Below are positions 50,070 to 59,852 of a stretch of 64,000 nucleotides of DNA, in pieces; the stretch's first letter is position 1; each line of letters begins with the position of its first letter. The stretch comes from Clostridia bacterium (GTDB lineage Bacteria > Bacillota > Clostridia > UBA1381 > UBA9506): the NCBI GenBank assembly GCA_017415145.1, contig JAFQJE010000008.1:3771-67770 (forward strand), given 5' to 3'. The position numbers and the translations under genes are program-made. The notes under the pieces are model-generated. The model saw nothing but the letters and a program-made list of their open reading frames with translations, was not told the DNA's origin and made no database searches.

Positions 50070-50199
50070 ATTTCTCACCTCAATAATATATATTAAAAGT
50101 AGTTGCATAATATGTAAGACAAAAGTTAAAACTAAAAGCATATTGGAAGGTGTACCCGCTGCCTTCTGTATATTTTATTGCGGGGGAAAGGTTGGTACT

Positions 50200-50415
50200 A
50201 TGAAACTATTAGATAACATCAGTCTTATTCTGGTAATCGTAGGCGCTTTAAACTGGGGCTCAATCGGACTTTTCGGTCTTGATTTGGTAGGATACTTCTT
50301 CGGTGGCCAGTTATCGGTAATGAGCAGAATTATTTTCTCCCTTGTAGGTCTTGCAGGTCTGTGGTGTATCACACTGCTCTTCAAAGACAAAGTGCCTCAG
50401 GGCGACAGAAACTAA
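50200..50415 (+). CDS. DUF378 membrane protein
   Basis: LILVIVGALNWG.IGLFG.DLV...SRIIFSLVGLAGL. Confidence 0.9.
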   Translation: MKLLDNISLILVIVGALNWGSIGLFGLDLVGYFFGGQLSVMSRIIFSLVGLAGLWCITLLFKDKVPQGDRN

Positions 50416-50419
50416 AACC

Positions 50420-50456
50420 TTACAGCACGGCGGTTTCGCTGTGCTGTAATCTTTTT
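50420..50456 (+). terminator. Terminator after the DUF378 gene
   Basis: TTACAGCACGGCG-GTTT-CGCTGTGCTGTAA-TCTTTTT. Confidence 0.75.
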
Positions 50457-50510
50457 GTAAAAATATTTTAATTTACTCTTCCCTTTTCATATTTTTTATG
50501 GTATAATAAT

Positions 50511-50590
50511 TGCGTATATAAATGTTTGAACGTACATACAGTCTCGATGTACGCCTGCAGCAGCGAGACTTTATATATCGCAGGCAGAAA
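50511..50590 (+). ncRNA. Candidate pseudoknotted 5' leader RNA of the asp23-fakA-recG operon
   Basis: Perfect complementary segments CGTACAT/ATGTACG, AGTCTCG/CGAGACT and GCCTGC/GCAGGC downstream of TG-N-TATAAT (50499-50507). Confidence 0.5.
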
Positions 50591-50606
50591 GGTCAAGGTA
50601 AACTAT

Positions 50607-50960
50607 ATGGCTATCAAAACTGAAAATGAAAACGGCGCTATCGTTGTATCTGAAAATGTCATTGCCAGAATTGCAGGCGTAGCAACATCTACTTGCTACG
50701 GCGTTGTTGGTATGGCGTATAAAAGTGCTTCTGACAGCATTGCATCACTGTTAAAATGGGATTCAATTACAAAAGGCATAAATGTAACAACAGCTGATGA
50801 CAAAATCAGTCTGGATTTACACATCATAGTAGAATACGGCGTGAACATCAACGTTACGTGTGAGAGCATCATCGAAAACGTAAAGTACGCTGTAGAAAAC
50901 GCAACAGGCTTTAAGGTTGGCAGTGTCAACGTTAACGTCGAAGGCGTACGTATCAGTTAA
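50607..50960 (+). CDS. Asp23/Gls24 family protein (YloU-like)
   Basis: VIARIAG...CYGVVGMA...LHIIVEYGVNI...VKYAVE..TG; upstream of the DAK2 gene. Confidence 0.92.
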   Translation: MAIKTENENGAIVVSENVIARIAGVATSTCYGVVGMAYKSASDSIASLLKWDSITKGINVTTADDKISLDLHIIVEYGVNINVTCESIIENVKYAVENATGFKVGSVNVNVEGVRIS

Positions 50961-50977
50961 TTTCGGAGGTGCTAAGA

Positions 50978-52597
50978 TTGTTATATACTGCTGATTACGA
51001 AGGGTTGAGCCGTGCCTTTTTATCAGGTGCGAACAAGCTTTGTAACAATAAAATTATTTTAAATGACTTAAACGTATTCCCTGTTCCTGACGGTGATACA
51101 GGGTCTAATATGTCTATGACAATTTCCGCTGCAGCTAAAGACATTTTAGCTAATGACTACACATCTGTAGAAAAAGTTATGTCAGCTGTAGCATCAGCGT
51201 CTTTGCGTGGTGCACGCGGTAACTCAGGTGTAATTTTATCTCAGGTTTTCCGCGGTATGTCAAGACGCTTAGTTGGTCTTACCACCGCTGACGCAAAAGA
51301 CGTTGCCGAATGTTTTAAAGAAGGTGTAGCGGCAGCCTACAAGGCTGTTATGAAACCTATGGAAGGTACAATTCTTTCCGTTGCAAGGGATGCAGCTGAT
51401 GCTGCAATTGCCGCCCTCGATACCACAGGCGACATTGTAGAAATCGTTCGCGCTGCAACCATTGCCGGTCAGGAAAGTTTAGCAAGAACACCCGAGCTCT
51501 TACCTCAGTTAAAGGCTGCAGGCGTTGTTGACTCAGGCGGCCAGGGTCTTGTATACATCTTAGAGGGTGCGTTAGAATACCTAGAGACAGGTAAAATGGT
51601 AGAGTTAAACGACTCTCAGGTAAGCGTTAATACAACAATTGATAAAAAAGTTGCCGATGCAAATATTAAATTTGTTTACTGCACCGAGTTTTTAATTAAC
51701 AAGGGCAAAGAGTCATCTTCTGTTACACTTTTCCGTGACAGAATTGAGAAAAAAGGCGACTGTATGGTTGTAATTGACGATGACGATGTTGTTAAGGTGC
51801 ACATTCATACAAATAACCCCGGTTTTGTTATTGAAGAAGCTTTAAAAATCGGTGAGCTTATAAATATTAAAATTGATAATATGAAATATCAGCATGACGA
51901 AGGTGCCAGCACCGCTGACAATACATCCCAAGAACCTGAAAAGGAAGTAGGCTTTGCTGCAGTTGCTGCAGGTGACGGACTCGAGAGCATTTTCCTTGAT
52001 ATGGGTGTTGATAAGGTAATCAAAGGCGGTCAGACAATGAACCCCTCTACTGACGATATTTTGTCAGCAGTTGAATCAATAAACGCAAAATACGTTGTTA
52101 TTCTGCCCAACAATAAGAATATTATCATGGCGGCAAAACAGGTTATTGATCTTACAAAGAAAGAAATCATAGTATTAGAAACACGTTCTGTACCTGAAGG
52201 TATTGCTGCACGTCTTGCTTTCGATCCCGCAATGTCAATGGAAGAAAATGTTGAGGCTATGAATGATGCTATCGCGAATACTAAGACTGGCTCAGTAACA
52301 TACTCAGTTAGACATTTTACATTCGAAGATAAAGAGTATCCTGAAAATACAATTATGGGATTACGCGATGGCAAAATAGCCGTTGTGGGCGAAGATTCCC
52401 TTGCTGTATTAAAAGAACTTCTCAAAAAAGAAGTAGATGATGACAGCGCAATCATCAGTATCTATTTAGGCGGGGATATTAGCGATGAACAGTTAGAGGA
52501 TATTTCCGAAGAATTAGAAGAATTATATCCCGACTTGGACGTTTTAGTATATATGGGCGGACAGCCTTTATATGACTTTATTTACTCTGTTGAATAA
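50978..52597 (+). CDS. fakA: DAK2-domain fatty acid kinase subunit (YloV/FakA)
   Basis: LNVFPVPDGDTGSNM, GARGNSGVILSQ, VVDSGG, YCTEF, KVHIHT, GGQTMNPS and GGQP.Y. Confidence 0.9.
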   Translation: MLYTADYEGLSRAFLSGANKLCNNKIILNDLNVFPVPDGDTGSNMSMTISAAAKDILANDYTSVEKVMSAVASASLRGARGNSGVILSQVFRGMSRRLVGLTTADAKDVAECFKEGVAAAYKAVMKPMEGTILSVARDAADAAIAALDTTGDIVEIVRAATIAGQESLARTPELLPQLKAAGVVDSGGQGLVYILEGALEYLETGKMVELNDSQVSVNTTIDKKVADANIKFVYCTEFLINKGKESSSVTLFRDRIEKKGDCMVVIDDDDVVKVHIHTNNPGFVIEEALKIGELINIKIDNMKYQHDEGASTADNTSQEPEKEVGFAAVAAGDGLESIFLDMGVDKVIKGGQTMNPSTDDILSAVESINAKYVVILPNNKNIIMAAKQVIDLTKKEIIVLETRSVPEGIAARLAFDPAMSMEENVEAMNDAIANTKTGSVTYSVRHFTFEDKEYPENTIMGLRDGKIAVVGEDSLAVLKELLKKEVDDDSAIISIYLGGDISDEQLEDISEELEELYPDLDVLVYMGGQPLYDFIYSVE

Positions 52598-52600
52598 GGT

Positions 52601-54646
52601 GTGATTTTTTTGTCAGACTTATTAAATCAGAATATCACAGTTTTACAAGGAATTGGACAGAAGCGTGCGGAATCTTTCCGCACGCTTGGTATTTATTCTG
52701 TGGAAGATTTACTGCATTTTTATCCCCGTGCTTACGAGGACAGAACTACTATTAAAAAGATTGCAGAAATCAAAGACGGTGACACGGTGTGCATCAGAGC
52801 CCGTGCCGTTACTCCTTTGCGGGAAAATTTTGTCAGAAAAAATATGTATGTGTGCTCCCTAAAAGTTTCTGACGGCACAGGGTATTTAGAGATTGTCTGG
52901 TTTAATAACCATTACATAAAAAATATGCTTGATTTTAAAAAAGAGTATATTTTCTTCGGAAAAGCATCCTTTTCAGGCAGAATGCAGATGCACTCTCCTC
53001 TTTTTGAAGAAAGCGGAAAGAACGCCATAACAGGCAGAATTTATCCCATATACAGTCTGGCTGCAGGAATTACACAAAAAAATATTATGTCGGCAGTTGC
53101 AGATGCTATTAAAAAATTTGAAATTCCTGAAATCCTGCCTGAAAGCATACGCAAAAAGTATAAGCTCTGTACTTTAAGCTACGCTATTAGAAACATCCAT
53201 TTTCCCAAAGATAATGAAGCACTTTCAATCGCTAAACGACGACTTGCTTTTGATGAGTTGTTTATATTCCAGACTGCGTTAAGGTACTTACGCGAAGACA
53301 GAACATCATCTGTTTCTATTCCGCTAAAAAATACAGATTGTGTAAAAGATTTTATATCGTCACTCCCCTATCCGTTAACAAATGCACAGGACAGAGTTAT
53401 AAAAGAAATATGTGGCGATATCAAAAAAACATCTCCTATGAGCAGACTGGTTCAGGGCGATGTAGGTTGTGGAAAAACAATGATAGCTGCCGCTGCTATA
53501 TTTGTGTGCTCTCAAGCTGGATACACCTCTGCCATGATGGCACCAACGGAAATATTAGCCGCTCAACACTATGAAACATTAACAGAACTTTTTAAACCTT
53601 TTGATATCAAAGTTGCACTCATAACAGGTTCAATGACACAAAAAGAACGAAAAAACGTCACGGAAGATATCCGCGCAGGAAAAGTACAGGTTATTGTTGG
53701 AACTCATGCACTAATCAGCGAAAAAACAGAGCTTGGAAATCTTGCTTTAATTGTTACCGATGAGCAACACAGATTTGGTGTGGCACAAAGGAAGTCTTTA
53801 GAACAAAAAGGAAAAAATCCTCATGTTTTAATTATGACTGCAACCCCTATTCCAAGAACTTTAGCTATTATTCTCTACGGAGATTTAGATATATCGATTA
53901 TCGACGAGCTTCCGCCCGGAAGAAAGCCCATTGACACTTTTGTTTTGGGTGAAGATATGAGAGCGAGAATTAATGCTTTCTTGAAAAAAGAAACAGATGC
54001 AGGAAGACAGGCTTATGTTGTCTGTCCTGCAGTTGAGCCTTCTGAAATCGAAGGAATAAAAGATGTAATGACACACAGTACGGAGCTTAAAAAGTTATTT
54101 GACAGTGGTGTTGAATTTTTGCACGGTAAGATGAAGCCTAAAGAAAAAGACGATATTATGCGTCGATTCAAAGACGGCGAGATTAAAATACTTGTCGCAA
54201 CCAGCGTTATAGAGGTCGGCGTAAACGTACCAAATGCGTCTGTAATGGTTATAGAGAATGCCGCTCGCTTCGGTCTTTCACAGTTGCATCAGCTGCGTGG
54301 ACGTGTTGGAAGAGGCAGCGATAAGGCATACTGTATTCTCTTCCCCGGAGAAAACGTTCCTGTGGATACTCCAAGAATGGCAATTATGAAAAACAGTTCT
54401 GACGGCTTTAAAATTGCAGAAGAAGACTTAAAACTGCGCGGTCCGGGAGAGTTCTTCGGTTCACGTCAGCACGGGCTCTTAACATTTAAAATTGCAAACA
54501 TTTATTGTGACAAGCAGTTACTGGCTCAAACATCAATTGCTGCAAATGAGATCCTAGCTAATGACAGAAAGCTTAAATCTCCTGAAAATGCCGCAATTCA
54601 TCGCCAAATATTAAAGATTTTTGACACTAAGGTTACATTTAGTTGA
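52601..54646 (+). CDS. recG: ATP-dependent DNA helicase RecG
   Basis: QGDVGCGKT, DEQHRFGV, MTATPIPRT, QLHQLRGRVGRG and DLKLRGPGE. Confidence 0.97.
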   Translation: MIFLSDLLNQNITVLQGIGQKRAESFRTLGIYSVEDLLHFYPRAYEDRTTIKKIAEIKDGDTVCIRARAVTPLRENFVRKNMYVCSLKVSDGTGYLEIVWFNNHYIKNMLDFKKEYIFFGKASFSGRMQMHSPLFEESGKNAITGRIYPIYSLAAGITQKNIMSAVADAIKKFEIPEILPESIRKKYKLCTLSYAIRNIHFPKDNEALSIAKRRLAFDELFIFQTALRYLREDRTSSVSIPLKNTDCVKDFISSLPYPLTNAQDRVIKEICGDIKKTSPMSRLVQGDVGCGKTMIAAAAIFVCSQAGYTSAMMAPTEILAAQHYETLTELFKPFDIKVALITGSMTQKERKNVTEDIRAGKVQVIVGTHALISEKTELGNLALIVTDEQHRFGVAQRKSLEQKGKNPHVLIMTATPIPRTLAIILYGDLDISIIDELPPGRKPIDTFVLGEDMRARINAFLKKETDAGRQAYVVCPAVEPSEIEGIKDVMTHSTELKKLFDSGVEFLHGKMKPKEKDDIMRRFKDGEIKILVATSVIEVGVNVPNASVMVIENAARFGLSQLHQLRGRVGRGSDKAYCILFPGENVPVDTPRMAIMKNSSDGFKIAEEDLKLRGPGEFFGSRQHGLLTFKIANIYCDKQLLAQTSIAANEILANDRKLKSPENAAIHRQILKIFDTKVTFS

Positions 54647-54727
54647 CTTTTTTTGAAATACCTTGACATTCTTAATATTTGTTATAAAATATATAGTGAT
54701 AGTATGTCTAAAATTGGAGGTAGTGTT

Positions 54728-55267
54728 TTGCGAGTTATTTCAGGCAGTGCAAGAGGCAAAAAACTCATAACCTCAGAAGGGCTTGATGTACGCCCCACTT
54801 TAGACAGAGTTAAAGAATCAGTTTTTAATATGATTGCTTTTAATATACCTGACGCCTGTGTTCTGGATTTATTCTCAGGAAGCGGTTCTCTGGGCATCGA
54901 GGCCTTAAGCCGCGGTGCCGGTGAGTGTACTTTCGTGGATAAATCAGCACAGTCAATAGATATTACAAAGAAAAATCTTGAGGCAACACATCTTGTTGAT
55001 TTAAGCTCAGTTATAAATACTGACAGCATAGAGTTTATCAAAAGCACAAATAAGAAATTTGACATAATTTTTATTGACCCACCGTATGAGTCTGATCTCT
55101 ATGATAAATCTTTAAAGGCAATTAAGGAATCGGGTATTTTAAATGATGATGGTTTTATAGTATTAGAGTACGACACCGAAACCACGCCTGACTTTTCAAC
55201 ACACTCGTTTAATATTATAAAGGATAAGAAATACGGCAGGGTAAAAATTTTGATAATGAAAGAGTGA
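54728..55267 (+). CDS. rsmD: 16S rRNA (guanine(966)-N2)-methyltransferase
   Basis: RVISGSARG...RPTLDRVKES.F, LDLFSGSG.LG.EALSRGA and DPPY; TTG start behind GGAGG. Confidence 0.94.
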   Translation: MRVISGSARGKKLITSEGLDVRPTLDRVKESVFNMIAFNIPDACVLDLFSGSGSLGIEALSRGAGECTFVDKSAQSIDITKKNLEATHLVDLSSVINTDSIEFIKSTNKKFDIIFIDPPYESDLYDKSLKAIKESGILNDDGFIVLEYDTETTPDFSTHSFNIIKDKKYGRVKILIMKE

Positions 55268-55758
55268 GCACCTTGAAAATAGCAGTTTATCCCGGTAGCT
55301 TTGACCCAATCACTTGCGGTCATTTAGACATAATAAAACGTAGCTGCAAGCTCTTTGATAAGGTTATTGTGGCAGTTTTGGACAACAGTCAGAAAACTCC
55401 CCTTTTTTCTGTTGCAGAAAGAATCCAGCTTATAAAAAAATGTACAAAAGACATTCCCAATTGTGAGGTAGAATCATTCGGAGGTCTTTTGGTTGATTTT
55501 GTAAAACAATCAAAAGCTCACACAGTTATCCGCGGACTTCGTGCAATTTCTGATTTTGAATACGAATTCCAGATGGCAATGCTCAATAAAAAGCTTGCTC
55601 CTGATGTGGAAACTGTTTTTATGGTAACCAACTTAAATTGTTTATATATTAGTTCCAGTGTGGTTAAGGAAATTTGCCGCTTTGGCGGAAATGCCGACGG
55701 TTTAATACCCGAAGAAATCATTAAGGACATTACAGATAAAATCGAAAAAGGAGTGTAG
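55264..55758 (+). CDS. coaD: Phosphopantetheine adenylyltransferase
   Basis: YPGSFDPITCGHLD, RGLRA.SDFEYE and ISSSVVKE. Confidence 0.97.
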   Translation: MSTLKIAVYPGSFDPITCGHLDIIKRSCKLFDKVIVAVLDNSQKTPLFSVAERIQLIKKCTKDIPNCEVESFGGLLVDFVKQSKAHTVIRGLRAISDFEYEFQMAMLNKKLAPDVETVFMVTNLNCLYISSSVVKEICRFGGNADGLIPEEIIKDITDKIEKGV

Positions 55759-55762
55759 GACA

Positions 55763-56200
55763 ATGGATATCGAAAAAATCATTGAGTCTATCGAAGAAAA
55801 AATTGACGGATGCCCCACTATTCCCTTCTGGGGACGCGGCATTATTGACAAGGATGAGTTACTCGACATGCTTCAGGAAATGAAAAACAAGTTACCTGAA
55901 GAATTAAGCCAGGCTAAGTGGGTTAACAATGAACGTCAGAGAATCATAAACGACGCACAAAAAAGAGCTGAGACAATGATTAAAGAAACAGAAGAAAAAA
56001 TTGCTGCTATGGTTAACGAACACGACATCACACAGCAGGCTTATGCAAAAGCAAATCAGATTGTTGACAGTGCTCAGCAGAACTCACGCGAAATCAGACT
56101 TGGTGCCAACCAGTACGCAGACGACGTTTTACGTGCATTGGAAGAAGAGCTTATCAAAACAGCTGACGCTATCCGCGCTAACAGAAACAGCAACAGATAA
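55763..56200 (+). CDS. Conserved coiled-coil protein downstream of coaD (DivIVA/ATP synthase subunit b-like)
   Basis: Helical, charged; LPEEL.QAKW...ER.RII..A...GA.QYAD pattern typical of the clostridial coaD neighbour. Confidence 0.65.
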   Translation: MDIEKIIESIEEKIDGCPTIPFWGRGIIDKDELLDMLQEMKNKLPEELSQAKWVNNERQRIINDAQKRAETMIKETEEKIAAMVNEHDITQQAYAKANQIVDSAQQNSREIRLGANQYADDVLRALEEELIKTADAIRANRNSNR

Positions 56201-56313
56201 TACGATTTACTCAAGGTGTGGAAAATGCTTTTTCCGCACCTTATTTTAATAAAGTATATTTTTGCTTTTGTTCCATATAATATACCATATTTTGTATAAG
56301 TGAGGTATATTAT

Positions 56314-56772
56314 ATGAAAAACTTCTTAAAATCGGCATTTATTGTGGCTATTCCCATACTTGTTGGTGCACTGTCAGGCTTTTTAATCAGAAACAACGTA
56401 TATATTTACGATGTACTTATTAAGCCGCCTTACGCACTACCCGCCAATCTGTTTTCAGTTGTATGGGGTATTCTCTATCTTTTAATGGGTGTAAGCCTTT
56501 TGTTTTATCTTAAGAGTGACTACTCACCAGACGGTGTTACGCTTTTTGCTTTTCAGCTTTTACTTAACTTCTTCTGGTCCATAGTTTTCTTTAACTTTAG
56601 AGCTTTTCTTGCCGCATTTATATTGCTTGTTGTTCTGTTCGTGTTTGTAGCACTGACAGTTTCAACATTCTACAAAACACAAAAAATTTCTGGCATTTTA
56701 TTAATTCCCTATCTTTTGTTTTTAATTTATGCCGGTTATCTGAACTTTGGGGTTTGGTTTTTAAATATGTAA
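56314..56772 (+). CDS. TspO/MBR family protein
   Basis: Y..L.KP...P...F.VVW.ILY.LMG, QLLLNFFWS.VFF and LLIPY...A.YLN. Confidence 0.9.
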   Translation: MKNFLKSAFIVAIPILVGALSGFLIRNNVYIYDVLIKPPYALPANLFSVVWGILYLLMGVSLLFYLKSDYSPDGVTLFAFQLLLNFFWSIVFFNFRAFLAAFILLVVLFVFVALTVSTFYKTQKISGILLIPYLLFLIYAGYLNFGVWFLNM

Positions 56773-56781
56773 TTTTATGAG

Positions 56782-58452
56782 GTGGTAATTTTGGCAAGGA
56801 CACAAAAACACAATTACAAAATTAAAAATAAGGGAATTTTGGCTCTCTTTATTTGTATTTTGGTGCTTTTGGTTTCATTTACAGGTTTTACTGTGAAGTA
56901 TCTTACATACGACAAGGTATATGAGGGTGTATTTATCAACAACACTGATGTATCAGGTTTAACAAGGGAAGAATTAATCGCACAAATTCCCGAAATCTTT
57001 GATATGTCTCTATCTAAAAATGTAACCTTAAAAGCGGGAGACTCCGAAATATCTTTTGAGTCCTTGGAAGTTTTGCCCGCTCTTGATACGGAGAAAATGG
57101 CAGATGAGGCGTTTTCTTACGGTCGTACAAAAAAATTCCTTGCCAGATTTTCAGAAATTCGTTCTCTTAAGAAAAACCCTGTCAGTGTTGACTTTTCTCT
57201 TTTATTTGATGAAGCGGCTCTGCAGAAAAAGATTGACTTACTCTCTAGAAATCTTGAAATTACCGCAATCGACAACAAAATTGAATATGGGAACAACTCT
57301 CTCATTATTACCCGGGGCAAAGCCGGTCAGGGCATTTTATATAACGAGGTAAAAGAAGGGTTGTCTTACTGTCTCTTAGGTGACAGTTCTTCTATAAACG
57401 TTAATTTAAAGCATGTTGAACCTGAAGAAATCACATACGAATACATAAAAAGATATACAAGCGTTATGCCTATTGAGGCAAGCTACAAAATAGAAAACCA
57501 CAGAATTATATTCACGGAAAGCCAACCCGGAGTGTCAATAAAAAAGGGCGATATTGAAGATGCTATAGAAAATTCTGCATCCGACACAATCAATATCACT
57601 GCAAAAATTACACAACCGGACATCACTTCCGAAAAGCTTCGTAAAACACTTCTTACACACGAGTTAGGAAGATATTCTACAGATTACTCCTCCTCAAGCG
57701 CCGACAGAGCATACAACATAAAACTTGCCTGCGAAAAAATCAATGGTTATGTACTTGCTCCCGGAGATGAATTTTCTTACAACAACGTTGTAGGTCCAAG
57801 AACTGTAGAACGTGGTTTTAGAATCGCTAACGTGTATGTCGGAAACACAGTTCAACCAGGAATTGGCGGCGGTATATGTCAGGTATCTTCAACTATGTAT
57901 AATGCAGTTGTTTTTGCAGATTTGGAAATTACCGAAAGACGCAATCACACACTTCCTGTGGCTTACGTTCCCAAAGGCAGAGACGCTACAGTTTCTTACG
58001 GCGGAACAGATTTCTGTTTTAAAAACAACACCTCAATGCCTGTAGAAATACGTGCTATTGCCGAGGGCGGAATAAATACGATTGTTATTGTGGGAACTGA
58101 CGAGCATCCTGAACGTGAAATAAAAATCACAACACAGCAGACAGGATCATCATCACCCAAAGTAATTGTAAAGAAAGACGCTACACTCCCCGAGGGTGAA
58201 ATCAAGATTGAGAGCGAAGGCACAACAGGAAGCTCTCATATCGCTTATAAAATTGTTTTCGAAAACGGGGAAGAAATTTCCCGCAGTGTTCTTTCAAAAA
58301 GTACGTACGCAGGTAAAGACAGGGTGGAAATCCACGGGACTATGAAAGTAGAGCCTGAGCAATCAGAAACTCCTTCTGAAACACCTCCCCCTCAAGAGTC
58401 ACCCACTCCTATAGTAACACCTGTACCAACAGAGGAAATTCCTCAAGAATAG
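56782..58452 (+). CDS. VanW family protein with peptidoglycan-binding and G5-like regions
   Basis: N-terminal TM helix; RAYNIKLA..KING.VL.PGDEFSYN, GGGICQVSSTMYNA, ERRNH and GRDATV; Pro/Thr/Glu-rich tail. Confidence 0.88.
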   Translation: MVILARTQKHNYKIKNKGILALFICILVLLVSFTGFTVKYLTYDKVYEGVFINNTDVSGLTREELIAQIPEIFDMSLSKNVTLKAGDSEISFESLEVLPALDTEKMADEAFSYGRTKKFLARFSEIRSLKKNPVSVDFSLLFDEAALQKKIDLLSRNLEITAIDNKIEYGNNSLIITRGKAGQGILYNEVKEGLSYCLLGDSSSINVNLKHVEPEEITYEYIKRYTSVMPIEASYKIENHRIIFTESQPGVSIKKGDIEDAIENSASDTINITAKITQPDITSEKLRKTLLTHELGRYSTDYSSSSADRAYNIKLACEKINGYVLAPGDEFSYNNVVGPRTVERGFRIANVYVGNTVQPGIGGGICQVSSTMYNAVVFADLEITERRNHTLPVAYVPKGRDATVSYGGTDFCFKNNTSMPVEIRAIAEGGINTIVIVGTDEHPEREIKITTQQTGSSSPKVIVKKDATLPEGEIKIESEGTTGSSHIAYKIVFENGEEISRSVLSKSTYAGKDRVEIHGTMKVEPEQSETPSETPPPQESPTPIVTPVPTEEIPQE

Positions 58453-58463
58453 AGGTTGATTTT

Positions 58464-59810
58464 ATGAAATCAAAAGTTATTTATATATGCTCCGAATGTG
58501 GCTATGAATCTCCAAAATGGATAGGAAAATGTCCCGACTGCGGCGGTTGGAACACTTTGGCAGAAGAAGTTGTTGTAACATCCAAGACATCAAAAAAGGT
58601 TACCCAATCCTTCTCCGTCCCTGTTAAACTTTCTTCTGTCAGCACCACTAAGGATAACCGCATCGTCTGTGGTATCGGAGAGCTAGACAGAGTCTTAGGC
58701 GGCGGAATCGTAGAAGGTTCATTAGTCTTAGTTGGCGGCGAGCCTGGTATTGGTAAATCCACAATTCTTCTTCAGCTTATAAAATCACTGGAACAAGGCA
58801 CAAGCTTTTTCTATGTTTCAGGAGAAGAATCCGAAAAACAATTAAAGATGCGTGCTGACCGAATCGGTATCACACAGGATTTTTATCTTTTAGCTGAAAC
58901 GGACATAAACTCAATCATCAAAAACGCTCAGGATTTAAAGCCTGATATATTGATAATTGACTCAATTCAGACAATGTTTAATCCTGACATTGCATCTGCT
59001 CCCGGAACTGTAAGTCAGGTAAGAGATGTTACGCTATCGTTGATGAAATTTGCAAAGGAAAACTCCATTGCAGTATTCATTGTAGGTCACGTTACAAAAG
59101 ACGGAAATTTAGCAGGTCCTAAAGTGCTAGAACATATGGTCGACTGCGTTCTCCACTTTGAGGGAGAGAGGCATCAGAGTCACAGAATACTAAGAGCCGT
59201 AAAAAACCGTTTCGGCTCTACCAACGAAATCGGTGTATTTGAAATGACAGGCGAGGGTTTAATTGAGGTCAAAAATCCCTCCTCGATGATGTTGGAGGGC
59301 AGACCTGAGAAAACATCGGGCTCAACTGTAATCTGTACATTAGAGGGCACAAGACCCCTGCTTGCTGAGGTTCAATCATTAGTTTCACAAACCTTCTTCC
59401 CTGCTCCCCGAAGAATGATGACAGGAGCAGACTACAACCGCGTTAATATGCTGATTGCAGTTTTAGAAAAACGAGTAGGATATAACCTCTCTAATCAGGA
59501 TATTTATGTAAACATCGTAGGCGGAATTAAGATTTCCGAGCCTGCAGCAGACTTAGGTATAATATGTGCTATGGCATCAGCATTCAAGAACGCCGAAATC
59601 CCGCCTGATATTGCGTTAATCGGCGAAGTTGGATTGACAGGCGAGTTACGGGCAGTTGTGCAGCTTGAAAAGCGCCTGAACGAATTAAAAAAGTTGGGTT
59701 TTGCAAAGTGCATAGTGCCTGACTCAAACAAAAAAGGACTTAACGTTCCTGCAGGACTTGATGTGCTTTATGCCAAAAATGTAACATCTGCACTTAAGAT
59801 ATTATTTTAA
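58464..59810 (+). CDS. radA: DNA repair protein RadA/Sms
   Basis: Zn finger CSECG...CPDC, GGEPGIGKST, KNRFG and a Lon-like C-terminus. Confidence 0.97.
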   Translation: MKSKVIYICSECGYESPKWIGKCPDCGGWNTLAEEVVVTSKTSKKVTQSFSVPVKLSSVSTTKDNRIVCGIGELDRVLGGGIVEGSLVLVGGEPGIGKSTILLQLIKSLEQGTSFFYVSGEESEKQLKMRADRIGITQDFYLLAETDINSIIKNAQDLKPDILIIDSIQTMFNPDIASAPGTVSQVRDVTLSLMKFAKENSIAVFIVGHVTKDGNLAGPKVLEHMVDCVLHFEGERHQSHRILRAVKNRFGSTNEIGVFEMTGEGLIEVKNPSSMMLEGRPEKTSGSTVICTLEGTRPLLAEVQSLVSQTFFPAPRRMMTGADYNRVNMLIAVLEKRVGYNLSNQDIYVNIVGGIKISEPAADLGIICAMASAFKNAEIPPDIALIGEVGLTGELRAVVQLEKRLNELKKLGFAKCIVPDSNKKGLNVPAGLDVLYAKNVTSALKILF

Positions 59811-59812
59811 AC

Positions 59813-59852
59813 AAAAAGAAGTCAGTAGCTTTTGCTACTGACTTCTTTTTTT
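59813..59852. terminator. Bidirectional terminator
   Basis: AAAAAGAAGTCAGTAGC-TTTT-GCTACTGACTTCTTTTT. Confidence 0.85.

Noticed and set aside
56782-58452. Vancomycin resistance locus
   Set aside because: Isolated VanW-domain cell-wall protein; no vanHAX or ligase genes nearby.
58340-58452. Pro/Thr/Glu-rich repeat-like tail
   Set aside because: An ordinary disordered C-terminal tail of a surface protein.
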